A stretch of 61,607 nucleotides of DNA, the filler included. It is 6 parts of 6 records of this genome, joined end to end, with 100 filler letters (N's around TTAATTAATTAA, not from the genome) between each part and the next. Parts side by side here need not be neighbours in the genome. Positions count along the whole stretch, not along the records: positions 13,843 to 30,587 come from SRR20825010_4255; 5 more parts are not named here. One strand, written 5' to 3'. This document shows positions 19,341 through 28,367 of the stretch, piece by piece. The notes under the pieces were generated by a model. It had not been told where the DNA came from. It was given only the letters and a program-made list of their open reading frames with translations, and ran no database searches. How positions within the stretch are numbered: the first letter of the stretch is position 1; each line of letters opens with the position of its first letter. Both the position numbers and the translations under genes were made by a program.

Positions 19341-20624
19341 TTAAAATCTTTTAATATATCCTATCCCTATTGTGTATTGGTTTCCTCTAGAATCTGTTGC
19401 ATATTCAATATTTTCATATGCTGCTTGTGCATATATAATATGTGTTTTTTTAATAAGTTTTCTATAACCTACAGAAAAGTTAGTAGAATTAAGTTGTGTA
19501 TTACTGTTAATTAATACATTGTTTGTGGCATCGTCTGGAGAGAAACCTGTACCTGCGCTAACACTCAAATAATCGTCTGCTCCTCCTAAATAATACCGTA
19601 CTGTTAATGCATAGGAGTTGGAAACGCCACTATCTGAGGGGGTTAAATATGTTCTAAAATTAAACCAATAATTTTTGTAGTACTTTCCAATAGCAGCAGT
19701 ATATACCCATGTCTGATCGGAAAATACTAAAAGCCTAAAACCAGCATCGGCTTCAAAGGCTGCAGGGAGATTTGCATACAGCGAAAAACCTGCTCTATAT
19801 TCTGGAAAAATTCCTTTATTATTAGAGATTCCACCATTAATATATGCATAGAATGTATTTGAAATCCTTGGATATAAATCTAATTCAAATTGTGTACTTC
19901 CTGTTCCAAAACGATTTGCATAATTAAAGCGGCTTATAATAGAACCATATTTAGTTTGCCTAGAATAGTCAACACTGGCAAGATGCCAAGGTTGATCAAA
20001 ACGTTTGTCAAAATGCACAAAATCATAGGAAACGCCGATTTCATTTTTAGCAGATTCTTTTTTAACATTTTGCATTAAGGCTCGAGCTTCGGTTGATTTT
20101 GGATTGTTCTCTAATATTGTGTTAAGGGTAGTATTAGCTTCTTGATACTGCTTTAGATCCATTAATATTTTGGATTTTAGTAACAATAAATCTTCAGCGT
20201 TTGGATTGTACGCTAAGCTTGTATTTACAATCTCCAAAGCTTTAGGGGAGTTATCATTCCAATATTCTAAACTAGCATATGCAATTGCAGCATCTTCATA
20301 ATTTTTATTGTTTTCGAAGACTTTTTTTAAAGTAGTTCGAGCTTTATCTGTTTGATCTGTCCAAGTGTATAATCTTCCTAAAAAGATGCTTAAATCTGCA
20401 TATTCTGGAGCTTTTTCAGTGGCAATATTCATTAATCGGATAGCTTCATCGTAATTATCATTATCAAAAGCTTCTTTACGTGCCATTACAAAAAGTTCGT
20501 CGCTAGTTTTTTCCTCTTGAGCAAAAGAATTAAAAGCTATTAATAGACAAATTGCAAAATATATGGCGTTTTTCTTATCCTTATAGTGAGCTAATAAATT
20601 TGTTGTAATTATGGAGTTAATCAT
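19341..20624 (-). CDS. TPR-containing YaiO-family outer-membrane beta-barrel protein
   Basis: Signal peptide, TPR repeats (LGRLYTW, NPNAEDLLL), then amphipathic beta strands (QFELDLYPR, FPEYRAG) ending in F. Confidence 0.85.
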   Translation of the reverse strand: MINSIITTNLLAHYKDKKNAIYFAICLLIAFNSFAQEEKTSDELFVMARKEAFDNDNYDEAIRLMNIATEKAPEYADLSIFLGRLYTWTDQTDKARTTLKKVFENNKNYEDAAIAYASLEYWNDNSPKALEIVNTSLAYNPNAEDLLLLKSKILMDLKQYQEANTTLNTILENNPKSTEARALMQNVKKESAKNEIGVSYDFVHFDKRFDQPWHLASVDYSRQTKYGSIISRFNYANRFGTGSTQFELDLYPRISNTFYAYINGGISNNKGIFPEYRAGFSLYANLPAAFEADAGFRLLVFSDQTWVYTAAIGKYYKNYWFNFRTYLTPSDSGVSNSYALTVRYYLGGADDYLSVSAGTGFSPDDATNNVLINSNTQLNSTNFSVGYRKLIKKTHIIYAQAAYENIEYATDSRGNQYTIGIGYIKRF

Positions 20625-20645
20625 TTTAATAATATCTTAGTTTAC

Positions 20646-22064
20646 CTATTTTGCTGCATTTCTTAATCCTGACCTGCTCATGGTTCCCCATGTTTTACGT
20701 CCTCTAAACAAATCAATATTACCTTTTAAAGATGCCCAGAGTAAAAATGGATGATAAAAAATAGGCTCTAAGCATGCGGTAATTATTAATTTATAGATGT
20801 AATTAGTTTTTTTGTATTGTTGAAACGAATATTCTTCAAATAGTAAAGCTGTAATTGAGTATAAAATACCAAAGCTATAAGAAACTAGAAAGAAGCTTAG
20901 GGCAAATAGCCAATTAATTTGACCTAGACATAGTAAAACTATGAAAAAGAGAATTCCTGTAAATTCTATTATTGGTGCTAGCCACTCAAAAAACAGCCAA
21001 TAAGGAGTGCTTAACATTCCTAAAACTTTGTATTTAGGATTAAATATCATAGCTCTATGAAGCCATAAAGTTTCTGCGGTTCCTCTTGTCCATCTATTTC
21101 GTTGTCGATGTAAAATACTCCATTTTTGAGGGACTTCTGTCCAGCACAATGGGTCTGGAATAAATCCAACAGTATAATCAATGTTTTGGGTTCTCATTAT
21201 TCTTCGCATACGAACCAAAAGTTCCATGTCTTCTCCTACGGTATTGGTATTATACCCTCCAGCATCCATAACAGTTTCTTTATCGAACATACCAAAAGCG
21301 CCAGAAATAAGGAGCAATCCATCCATGCGAGACCAAGCCATTCTTCCCATTAAAAAGGCTCTAAAATATTCTATAACCTGAGCTCTTGCTACAAATTTAT
21401 TTGGCAGTTTTACTTCTATAATTTTACCATCTTCTATAATACAAGAATTTGCAATACGGATAACCCCTCCAGAAGCAATTACCTTTTTCTTATTGTTTAA
21501 AAATGGTTTTATGAGTTTTAAAAGCGCATCGCTGTCCAAAATACAATCAACATCAATACTAGATATAATGGAGTGCTTACAGATGTTTATTCCGGCATTG
21601 AGAGCGTCGGATTTACCGCCATTCTCTTTATCAATTACTTTTAAATTTTTAAAAGATTTACTTTTAGACTTATATACTTTTCTTATTTCTTTAGTAGGAA
21701 TAAAATTAAAGTATAAGGAATCGTCTTCTACTAAATGAAAGTTTTTAATAAGCCTTTCTAAAGTCCCATCTTTACTCCCGTCGTTAATAATTACAATTTC
21801 ATAAGAAGGATAATTGATTGTGAGTAAGGATCTTATGTTTTCTACAATATTAGCTTCTTCATTATAAGCAGGTGCCAATATGGAAATAGAGGGGAGACTA
21901 GTTGATTGTAATAAAGCTACTTCGTCTTTTAAGCTATATTTTCTTTTATAATCTCTAATTTCAAAGAACGAGAATATTGCAGAAAAGAGGTATCCAGAGC
22001 ATACTATAATTCCATAAATTAAAAATAGCCAACTAAGTATTTCCGATATTTGGTTTAAATTAAT
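20646..22064 (-). CDS. Processive GT2 glycosyltransferase (PgaC/IcaA-like polysaccharide synthase); start probably non-canonical near 22064
   Basis: PAYNE, DGSKD, KENGGKSDALN, DVD, GED and QRNRW motifs. The frame stays open upstream of the TTG at 21878 to 22088 and encodes a TM helix there. Confidence 0.88.
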   Translation of the reverse strand: MNLNQISEILSWLFLIYGIIVCSGYLFSAIFSFFEIRDYKRKYSLKDEVALLQSTSLPSISILAPAYNEEANIVENIRSLLTINYPSYEIVIINDGSKDGTLERLIKNFHLVEDDSLYFNFIPTKEIRKVYKSKSKSFKNLKVIDKENGGKSDALNAGINICKHSIISSIDVDCILDSDALLKLIKPFLNNKKKVIASGGVIRIANSCIIEDGKIIEVKLPNKFVARAQVIEYFRAFLMGRMAWSRMDGLLLISGAFGMFDKETVMDAGGYNTNTVGEDMELLVRMRRIMRTQNIDYTVGFIPDPLCWTEVPQKWSILHRQRNRWTRGTAETLWLHRAMIFNPKYKVLGMLSTPYWLFFEWLAPIIEFTGILFFIVLLCLGQINWLFALSFFLVSYSFGILYSITALLFEEYSFQQYKKTNYIYKLIITACLEPIFYHPFLLWASLKGNIDLFRGRKTWGTMSRSGLRNAAK

Positions 22065-22084
22065 GATAGCTTTTCTTTTTAAAA

Positions 22085-23089
22085 TTAATTAACTAATAAA
22101 CTCTTTTCTGCTTGTAAGTATGTAAGCTGTATATTTTTATCTTGATTATTTATATACACTTTCAGTTTTTTTAACTGCGTTATGTTTCCTATTGCTTGAA
22201 TAGCTTTTATTATTTCCTTTTTAACAACTTCTTCTTCTTTTTCAAAGCTGGTTAACACTTGTTCTAATAGGTTTTCATATTGAAGTTTATAAAGTGCTTT
22301 AATTGTTTCTTTTCTTATTAAAGGATTTTCATGATCTAAAAAAGGCGTTATTTTAGGAACATTTTCGAACTGATTAAAATATTGAATCATTCTAATTGAA
22401 AAGATGACAACAGTAGATAAATGATGGTTTAGCCAATATGAAAAATCGGGAATCTTTCCAGAATACACATATTTTATGCTGTCTTCAACATAGATAAGTT
22501 CCCATAGTGTTAATTCCTCTTTTAAATTCTTAAAAAAAGATAGCGGATCTTCGGTTGCTGTTTTTAGAAAATAATAAATGGCTTGCTCTCTAACTTCTTC
22601 TCGTTTCGAATTTAAGTAGGGAGCTACTAGTTTTGGATTTATAACAAAAAGCTCAGATAATGCATATATTGCTCGTGCCTTATCATACCATTCCCCTTTT
22701 TTGAGGATATCAAACACAAATTGGTCTAATTCTAACTCTTGGAATATTTTTTTTATGAGAACGGAAGACTCGCCAGTAAAATTTTCATTGTAAACTAAAA
22801 TTTGTCGGAGGGTTATTTTTTTCTTTAAGGAGGTGTTTAAGTGTTTTATTTTAAAGTCTTCAATTTCTCTTTTTATATCAAAATCATCATTAAACATATA
22901 GTTGTTTAAAAATTCATCTGTATTTTCTTGATAAATATGTTTAAGTTTTTCTCGTCTATTTTTGCGAATACGGAAGTAGGTAAGAAACCCTATGCCTATA
23001 ATTATGAACACTAAAAATATAGCTATAAAAAAAGTATTCACTTTTAATATCCAGGGCCAATTATTTATTATATTTTCTAGGGAGTCCAA
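22085..23089 (-). CDS. Membrane-anchored HEAT-repeat protein
   Basis: N-terminal TM, then HEAT-like repeats (PYLNSKREEVREQA, PFLDHENPLIRKETIKAL); TTG start. Confidence 0.8.
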   Translation of the reverse strand: MDSLENIINNWPWILKVNTFFIAIFLVFIIIGIGFLTYFRIRKNRREKLKHIYQENTDEFLNNYMFNDDFDIKREIEDFKIKHLNTSLKKKITLRQILVYNENFTGESSVLIKKIFQELELDQFVFDILKKGEWYDKARAIYALSELFVINPKLVAPYLNSKREEVREQAIYYFLKTATEDPLSFFKNLKEELTLWELIYVEDSIKYVYSGKIPDFSYWLNHHLSTVVIFSIRMIQYFNQFENVPKITPFLDHENPLIRKETIKALYKLQYENLLEQVLTSFEKEEEVVKKEIIKAIQAIGNITQLKKLKVYINNQDKNIQLTYLQAEKSLLVN

Positions 23090-23093
23090 AAAA

Positions 23094-23459
23094 TTAATTG
23101 TTTTCTATTGTTCTTTTTACCCTTAACGATAATTCGTTAGGACTAAAAGGTTTCGTTATAAAATCGTTTACACCCATTTTGAAGGCATCCATTATAATTT
23201 CTTCTTGGTTTGAAGTTGATAGAACAATAATAGGTAACTCAGGAATATTATTTTTTATGTGTTCTATTAGTTCTGTACCGTTAATAAAGGGCAACATCAA
23301 ATCTGTAATAACAAGCTGAAAAGTCTCATTTTTAAGTATATCTAGCGCCTTCCGGCCATCATGAGCTACTACAATCTCATATCCGTCTTTTGTTAATTTA
23401 AATTCCAATGATTTGACTATCATTGGGTTATCTTCAATAATTAATATTTTCTTTTTCAT
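23094..23459 (-). CDS. Single-domain response regulator (receiver only)
   Basis: IIEDN, ITDLMLP phospho-Asp, LS, TKPF; 121 aa with no output domain. Confidence 0.93.
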   Translation of the reverse strand: MKKKILIIEDNPMIVKSLEFKLTKDGYEIVVAHDGRKALDILKNETFQLVITDLMLPFINGTELIEHIKNNIPELPIIVLSTSNQEEIIMDAFKMGVNDFITKPFSPNELSLRVKRTIENN

Positions 23460-24175
23460 TTAATATTGGGGAATTCCTTTTTTAATTCTGTTACAATCTT
23501 TGTATATTCTAGAGAAAGCTTTTCAGCTAAAAAAGAGATTTCTTGATCTTTGACCTCATAACATATATTATTACAGAGCACTTTACTATAATTATTATCA
23601 AGCATTTCAAAAGAAGGCTTAATATTATGTGCTATTTCTCGGGCGGTGTTGTATTCTAGATTTTTAATAGCCTGTTTTAATTCATTAATTTTTACATACA
23701 CAGAGTCTTTAAAAATTTGTAGGGATTCTAATATAAATGCAGTGTCATTGTCGGATAATTGTTTTAAATAATCAAGAGAATACGGCTTGATTTGATTGTT
23801 AGAATTCCCAACAGATTCACTAACAAAATAAAGTATCTTATCAAGCTTGCCTTTAGTTATAGGCTTCTTCATGACAAGAAAAAGTTCTTCATTTTTAAGA
23901 TTTTCTGAAGCACTTTCTTCTATAATAAGTACTGCAGGAATATTTATGTCTAATTCTATAGTTAAATAATCTATTAGCTGAATAGGGGTAAGGGGTTGTA
24001 TAGCATGATCTATTATAAGAGCATTATAAATAGGATTTTCTTTTATTCTCTGAATGGCTTGAAAACTATTACTTGAAGATTCTATGTTCCAATTATAATT
24101 TTCAGAAAGTAGTGAAAACGCATCAACTTCTGATGGGTCACTATTTATAAATAGCATGTTTAAATATTTTGACAT
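23456..24175 (-). CDS. Degenerate receiver plus Hpt phosphotransfer protein
   Basis: N-terminal REC-like fold (LIID...KKPI); C-terminal YSLDYLKQLS...AHNIKPS Hpt motif; 4-bp overlap with the downstream receiver gene. Confidence 0.78.
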   Translation of the reverse strand: MSKYLNMLFINSDPSEVDAFSLLSENYNWNIESSSNSFQAIQRIKENPIYNALIIDHAIQPLTPIQLIDYLTIELDINIPAVLIIEESASENLKNEELFLVMKKPITKGKLDKILYFVSESVGNSNNQIKPYSLDYLKQLSDNDTAFILESLQIFKDSVYVKINELKQAIKNLEYNTAREIAHNIKPSFEMLDNNYSKVLCNNICYEVKDQEISFLAEKLSLEYTKIVTELKKEFPNIK

Positions 24176-24235
24176 TAAGGTAGCAATTGGTCTTTGACTA
24201 AAAGTTAGGTTATAAGTAAGAATTAACCAAGTATT

Positions 24236-27200
24236 TTATAATATTTTTCCTTCTTCTAAATAATGTATTAATACTTCTTTTATTGTTTCATAAACTACAG
24301 GTTTTAAAACATACTCGTCCATTCCCTGTTTTAGACATCGTTCTTTTTCTCCTTTCATAGATCTTGCTGTTAATGCAATAATAGGAACATGGCTATTCTC
24401 TTTTTCTAAACCCCTTATTTGTTGTGTGGCTTCAAAACCACTCATTAAAGGCATTTGGATGTCCATAAATATGAAATCAACTTTATTATTCTTAAATAGT
24501 GCTACTGCTTCCTTTCCATTTTCAGCTTCTATAATAATAGCTTTAGGTAGAATTCTTTGAACTAAAGTTCGAGCTAATAATTTATTTACTGGATTGTCTT
24601 CAGCAATAAGTATGGTACAATTTATATTTTCTAATATAATCTGGTTGGTAGTAGCAACTTCAATTTCATCCTTGTTTGGTTTTTCAATACGATTTATAAC
24701 ATTATATAATTGATGATATAGAATTGGCTTTGTAATGTTAAATTGTACTTGAAGTTCTTTACAGGCTTTGTTTATATACTCATCATCTACAGAACTATGT
24801 AGTAGCATTATTGGTAATTGATCACTTCCTATTTTAAAACTGTTTCTAATATGCTCAACAACTTCAATTCCGTTTAAATACGGCATATTAAAATCTATAA
24901 TTAGTAGGTCGAAATTGTTTTTCTGTTCTAAGATTTCTAAAGCCTCAACTCCATTAGAAGCGGCAGTAAAGTTTATATTATTTACCTGAAGCATTTCCTT
25001 CAAAATGGTTCGGTTATTACTATTATCGTCCACAATTAATACTTTATGGATGCTTTCATAAGTAGTTATTGCATTTTCACATTCTCCTTTTTCAGTTTTA
25101 AAGTCAATTACAAAAGAGAAAGTACTTCCTTTACCTAGTTTGCTTTTAACCTCTAATTTACTCCCCATTAGTTCTAATAAGCGGTTACTTATAGTCAATC
25201 CGAGTCCTGTTCCTCCATATTTTCTAGTAGTAGAAGCGTCTTCTTGATCAAAGGCCTTAAATATTCTCGTAAGATTATGAGAAGCTATTCCAACGCCAGT
25301 GTCTCTAATGGAGAAAACGTATCTCTTAGTTTCATTATCGGTTGGATTTGTTATGCATTTAATAGCTATTTCTACTTCTCCTTGATGTGTAAATTTTACG
25401 GCATTTCCTAAGAGGTTTGTTAAAATTTGGCGTAAGCGTATAGCATCTGCATACACAAATCTATCTATGGTAGAGGAAATATCTAATAAGATTTCTAGTT
25501 CTTTAGCATGTGCTTGATGTTTAATAATATCTACCGTTTGGCTGCAAAGTTCAATAATATCTACTTTTTCTATGCTCAATTCTAATTTACCAGCTTCAAT
25601 TTTGGAGAAATCCAATATGTCGTTAATAATGTCTAACAGATGGTTTGCAGAATTGTATACTGTTTGCATGTATTTTTCCTGACTATCGGACAGCGTAGTT
25701 TTCATTAATAAATCGGTAAATCCTATTATCCCATTTAGTGGTGTTCGGATTTCATGACTCATATTTGCTAAAAATTCTGATTTCGATCTGTTTGCTTTTT
25801 CTGCTTTTTGCTTTGCAACAATTAAAGATGCTTCATAAGCTTTTATAGTGCTTATATCTTGTACAATTCCGTATACTTTGTTGTTTTTATCTAGGCTTTT
25901 AGTGCGACCAATAATACGGACCCATTTTTTATTGGATTTAGCAGTAACAAATCGGAGCTCAAGATCAAAAGGAGTTCCTTTTTCCAGCGCTCTATCGGTA
26001 GAAATATGTAATTTCTCAGCATCTTCTTCTTGATAAAAGGTAAAAGCATCCTCTCTGGTTGGAGAATAATCATCAGGAACTTCATGTATTTTTTTGGTCA
26101 TTTCGCTCCAGCTTAAATAATCTTTTTCTTCATCATATTCCCAACTTCCAATCTTTGCTACTTCATTAGATTGATCTAGCATATCCTGCAATCGTAATCG
26201 TTCTAAAATACTTTTTTTGAATTGAGTAATATTTGCAGTATACATTAATAAACCGCCTATTTCATTTTCTTTTTTATACCATGGTTTTATTTTCCATGTA
26301 ATCCATTGTTCTGTTCCATCAGCACGTTCAAACAGAGCTTCATTACATGTGTTTTCTGCTCCTTGTAAGCATTCTTGATGTATTTTTTTCCATTCGTCTC
26401 CTATTTCAGGAAATACTTCATAATGAGATTTGCCTATTACCTTTTTTGTAATACCATAATCTGTTAACCATTTTTTGGAAGCTGCTTGGTATACCATATT
26501 TTTATCAAACATGGCTATAGCAGATGGTGCTTCATCAATAAAAACCTTGTTTTGTCTAGTGCTACTCTCCAGTTCTAATTGAGATTCTTTTTGAGCTGTA
26601 ATATCCCAATTAGTACCAGACATTCTTACAGGTTTATTATTTTCTCTGTGTAGCGAGCCTTTAGCTCGAATGTAATGTAAAGAACCATCTGGCCAAATAA
26701 TTCTGAAATCAGTATCGTAAGTAGCTTTATTGGCTAGTGCATCGTTAAATAAATTCAACACACGGTCAATGTCCTCTGGGTGTAAGCATTTTCTCCAAAC
26801 CTCAAGAGAAATTTCAGTGTCCTTAGGAGGTAAGCCATATAATTTATACATAGTTTCATCCCATTCTAATTTAGAATTAACGAAGTCCAAATCCCACACC
26901 CCAATTATAGAGGCATCTAATGCTGTTAATACTTTCAGGTTGGCGGCTTTAAACTTTTCCTCAGCTAAAACTCTACGAGAAATGTCTCGAAAGGCAACTA
27001 AGGTTATAATACCATTTTTTGTCCAAATTGTATTAAGAGTCATTTCCACTGGAACCTCATTTCCATTTTTCTTCAACGCCTTTAATTCAATCATGGACGC
27101 ATGATTGCCTTTATTTATTTCGGAAATATCGGAATCTTTATTTTTTTGTTTAGAAATATAATCAGTTATATGCAGGTTGTGTTTTTCTTGGTCTTCTTTA

Positions 27201-28228
27201 TGAATTAGTGTGCTTATATTTTTTTCAATTAAATCAGACTCGTCATAACCAAAAACCTTTTTCATGAGGGTGTTAGAAAGCTGTATTTTTAAATTTCTAT
27301 CAACTATAATTATTGGATCTGGAGTTGCATTTAAATAAGTGGTTGTTATTTGCAATTCTTCTTCAATCCTCATTCTCTCTTTTTCAAGTTTATTTATAGA
27401 ATGCCCCACTAAAATGAGTATTAATAAGGCTACAGCAATAAAAGTGACTCCAAGAATAGTGATAGAAAAATCTGCTGTAAAATATCCTTTTCGATAACAA
27501 TAAAGTATTATGTAAGAAATTATAAGCGTAATTAATGCTAGCTGGAAAAATAACCTTTGCATTACAAGGCTTCCTATCTTTTTACCAATAAAAAGTTCTG
27601 TAATTCCATAATATGGAAACATTAAAGAGATTGCTATACTCGCAATAAAAAATCCAATAGCCGTATGTATAGCCATTGAGGAGATAAAGATGATTTTATC
27701 TATGGTAGGAATATCAAAAAAGAATGTTACTATAGCTAAAAAAGAAAAAAATGTTACGAGATGAGGTAAGTAAGCTACTATTCTTTTTAATTTCTGGCTT
27801 TTTCCAATAATAGAAAATATAGAAATGCTAAGGAGGATAAAAGATAAAGAAGTTGCCATCGACATTCTTCCAGGAGTGGGTTTTCCAAGCATTTGCCCTT
27901 TATTATCTGGAACAATTAATTGGTCTATGCCTAAATTAAAATTTCCGATATCTTGCAGTAAAGTAAAAGTGCATAAAACTATTAATAGGATATTTAAGAC
28001 AAATACAATAGTTGTATTTACTTTTTGCTGAATACAATAAATAGTAATAGTTAGAAGAAAGAAAGATAATGCGGTATTAAACTTCATTGTAGGGAGTCCA
28101 GCAATGACTTCTGTCAGCATTTCAATATTAAATAACCATCCTAGAATAGCAGAAATAGATACAAGTAGGATAATAGTGGTTATAGATAATATGGTTTTTT
28201 TATATAAATTGGTCTGAACCATTAGCAT
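24236..28228 (-). CDS. Multi-TM, multi-PAS hybrid histidine kinase with two receiver domains
   Basis: Multi-TM N-terminus, several PAS/PAC repeats, SHEIRTPLNG, NAVKFT, GGTGLGL, REC1 IIDFNMP, REC2 FMDIQMP. Confidence 0.94.
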   Translation of the reverse strand: MLMVQTNLYKKTILSITTIILLVSISAILGWLFNIEMLTEVIAGLPTMKFNTALSFFLLTITIYCIQQKVNTTIVFVLNILLIVLCTFTLLQDIGNFNLGIDQLIVPDNKGQMLGKPTPGRMSMATSLSFILLSISIFSIIGKSQKLKRIVAYLPHLVTFFSFLAIVTFFFDIPTIDKIIFISSMAIHTAIGFFIASIAISLMFPYYGITELFIGKKIGSLVMQRLFFQLALITLIISYIILYCYRKGYFTADFSITILGVTFIAVALLILILVGHSINKLEKERMRIEEELQITTTYLNATPDPIIIVDRNLKIQLSNTLMKKVFGYDESDLIEKNISTLIHKEDQEKHNLHITDYISKQKNKDSDISEINKGNHASMIELKALKKNGNEVPVEMTLNTIWTKNGIITLVAFRDISRRVLAEEKFKAANLKVLTALDASIIGVWDLDFVNSKLEWDETMYKLYGLPPKDTEISLEVWRKCLHPEDIDRVLNLFNDALANKATYDTDFRIIWPDGSLHYIRAKGSLHRENNKPVRMSGTNWDITAQKESQLELESSTRQNKVFIDEAPSAIAMFDKNMVYQAASKKWLTDYGITKKVIGKSHYEVFPEIGDEWKKIHQECLQGAENTCNEALFERADGTEQWITWKIKPWYKKENEIGGLLMYTANITQFKKSILERLRLQDMLDQSNEVAKIGSWEYDEEKDYLSWSEMTKKIHEVPDDYSPTREDAFTFYQEEDAEKLHISTDRALEKGTPFDLELRFVTAKSNKKWVRIIGRTKSLDKNNKVYGIVQDISTIKAYEASLIVAKQKAEKANRSKSEFLANMSHEIRTPLNGIIGFTDLLMKTTLSDSQEKYMQTVYNSANHLLDIINDILDFSKIEAGKLELSIEKVDIIELCSQTVDIIKHQAHAKELEILLDISSTIDRFVYADAIRLRQILTNLLGNAVKFTHQGEVEIAIKCITNPTDNETKRYVFSIRDTGVGIASHNLTRIFKAFDQEDASTTRKYGGTGLGLTISNRLLELMGSKLEVKSKLGKGSTFSFVIDFKTEKGECENAITTYESIHKVLIVDDNSNNRTILKEMLQVNNINFTAASNGVEALEILEQKNNFDLLIIDFNMPYLNGIEVVEHIRNSFKIGSDQLPIMLLHSSVDDEYINKACKELQVQFNITKPILYHQLYNVINRIEKPNKDEIEVATTNQIILENINCTILIAEDNPVNKLLARTLVQRILPKAIIIEAENGKEAVALFKNNKVDFIFMDIQMPLMSGFEATQQIRGLEKENSHVPIIALTARSMKGEKERCLKQGMDEYVLKPVVYETIKEVLIHYLEEGKIL

Positions 28229-28367
28229 TTCTTTTTGGGAATTCGCAATACAAGTTATTATATTTTGTTGGAATTAATGAGTTATCTTTTTAATAAAATG
28301 AGCGTTTTTTCTTATTTTTAAGGTAAACTTATAGATATGTAATATCTGTATAAAAAATAAGAATTGG

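Noticed and set aside
20646-21878. ORF-track start of the GT2 at TTG 21878
   Set aside because: It would remove the N-terminal TM helix and the first beta strand; the upstream frame is open and looks coding.
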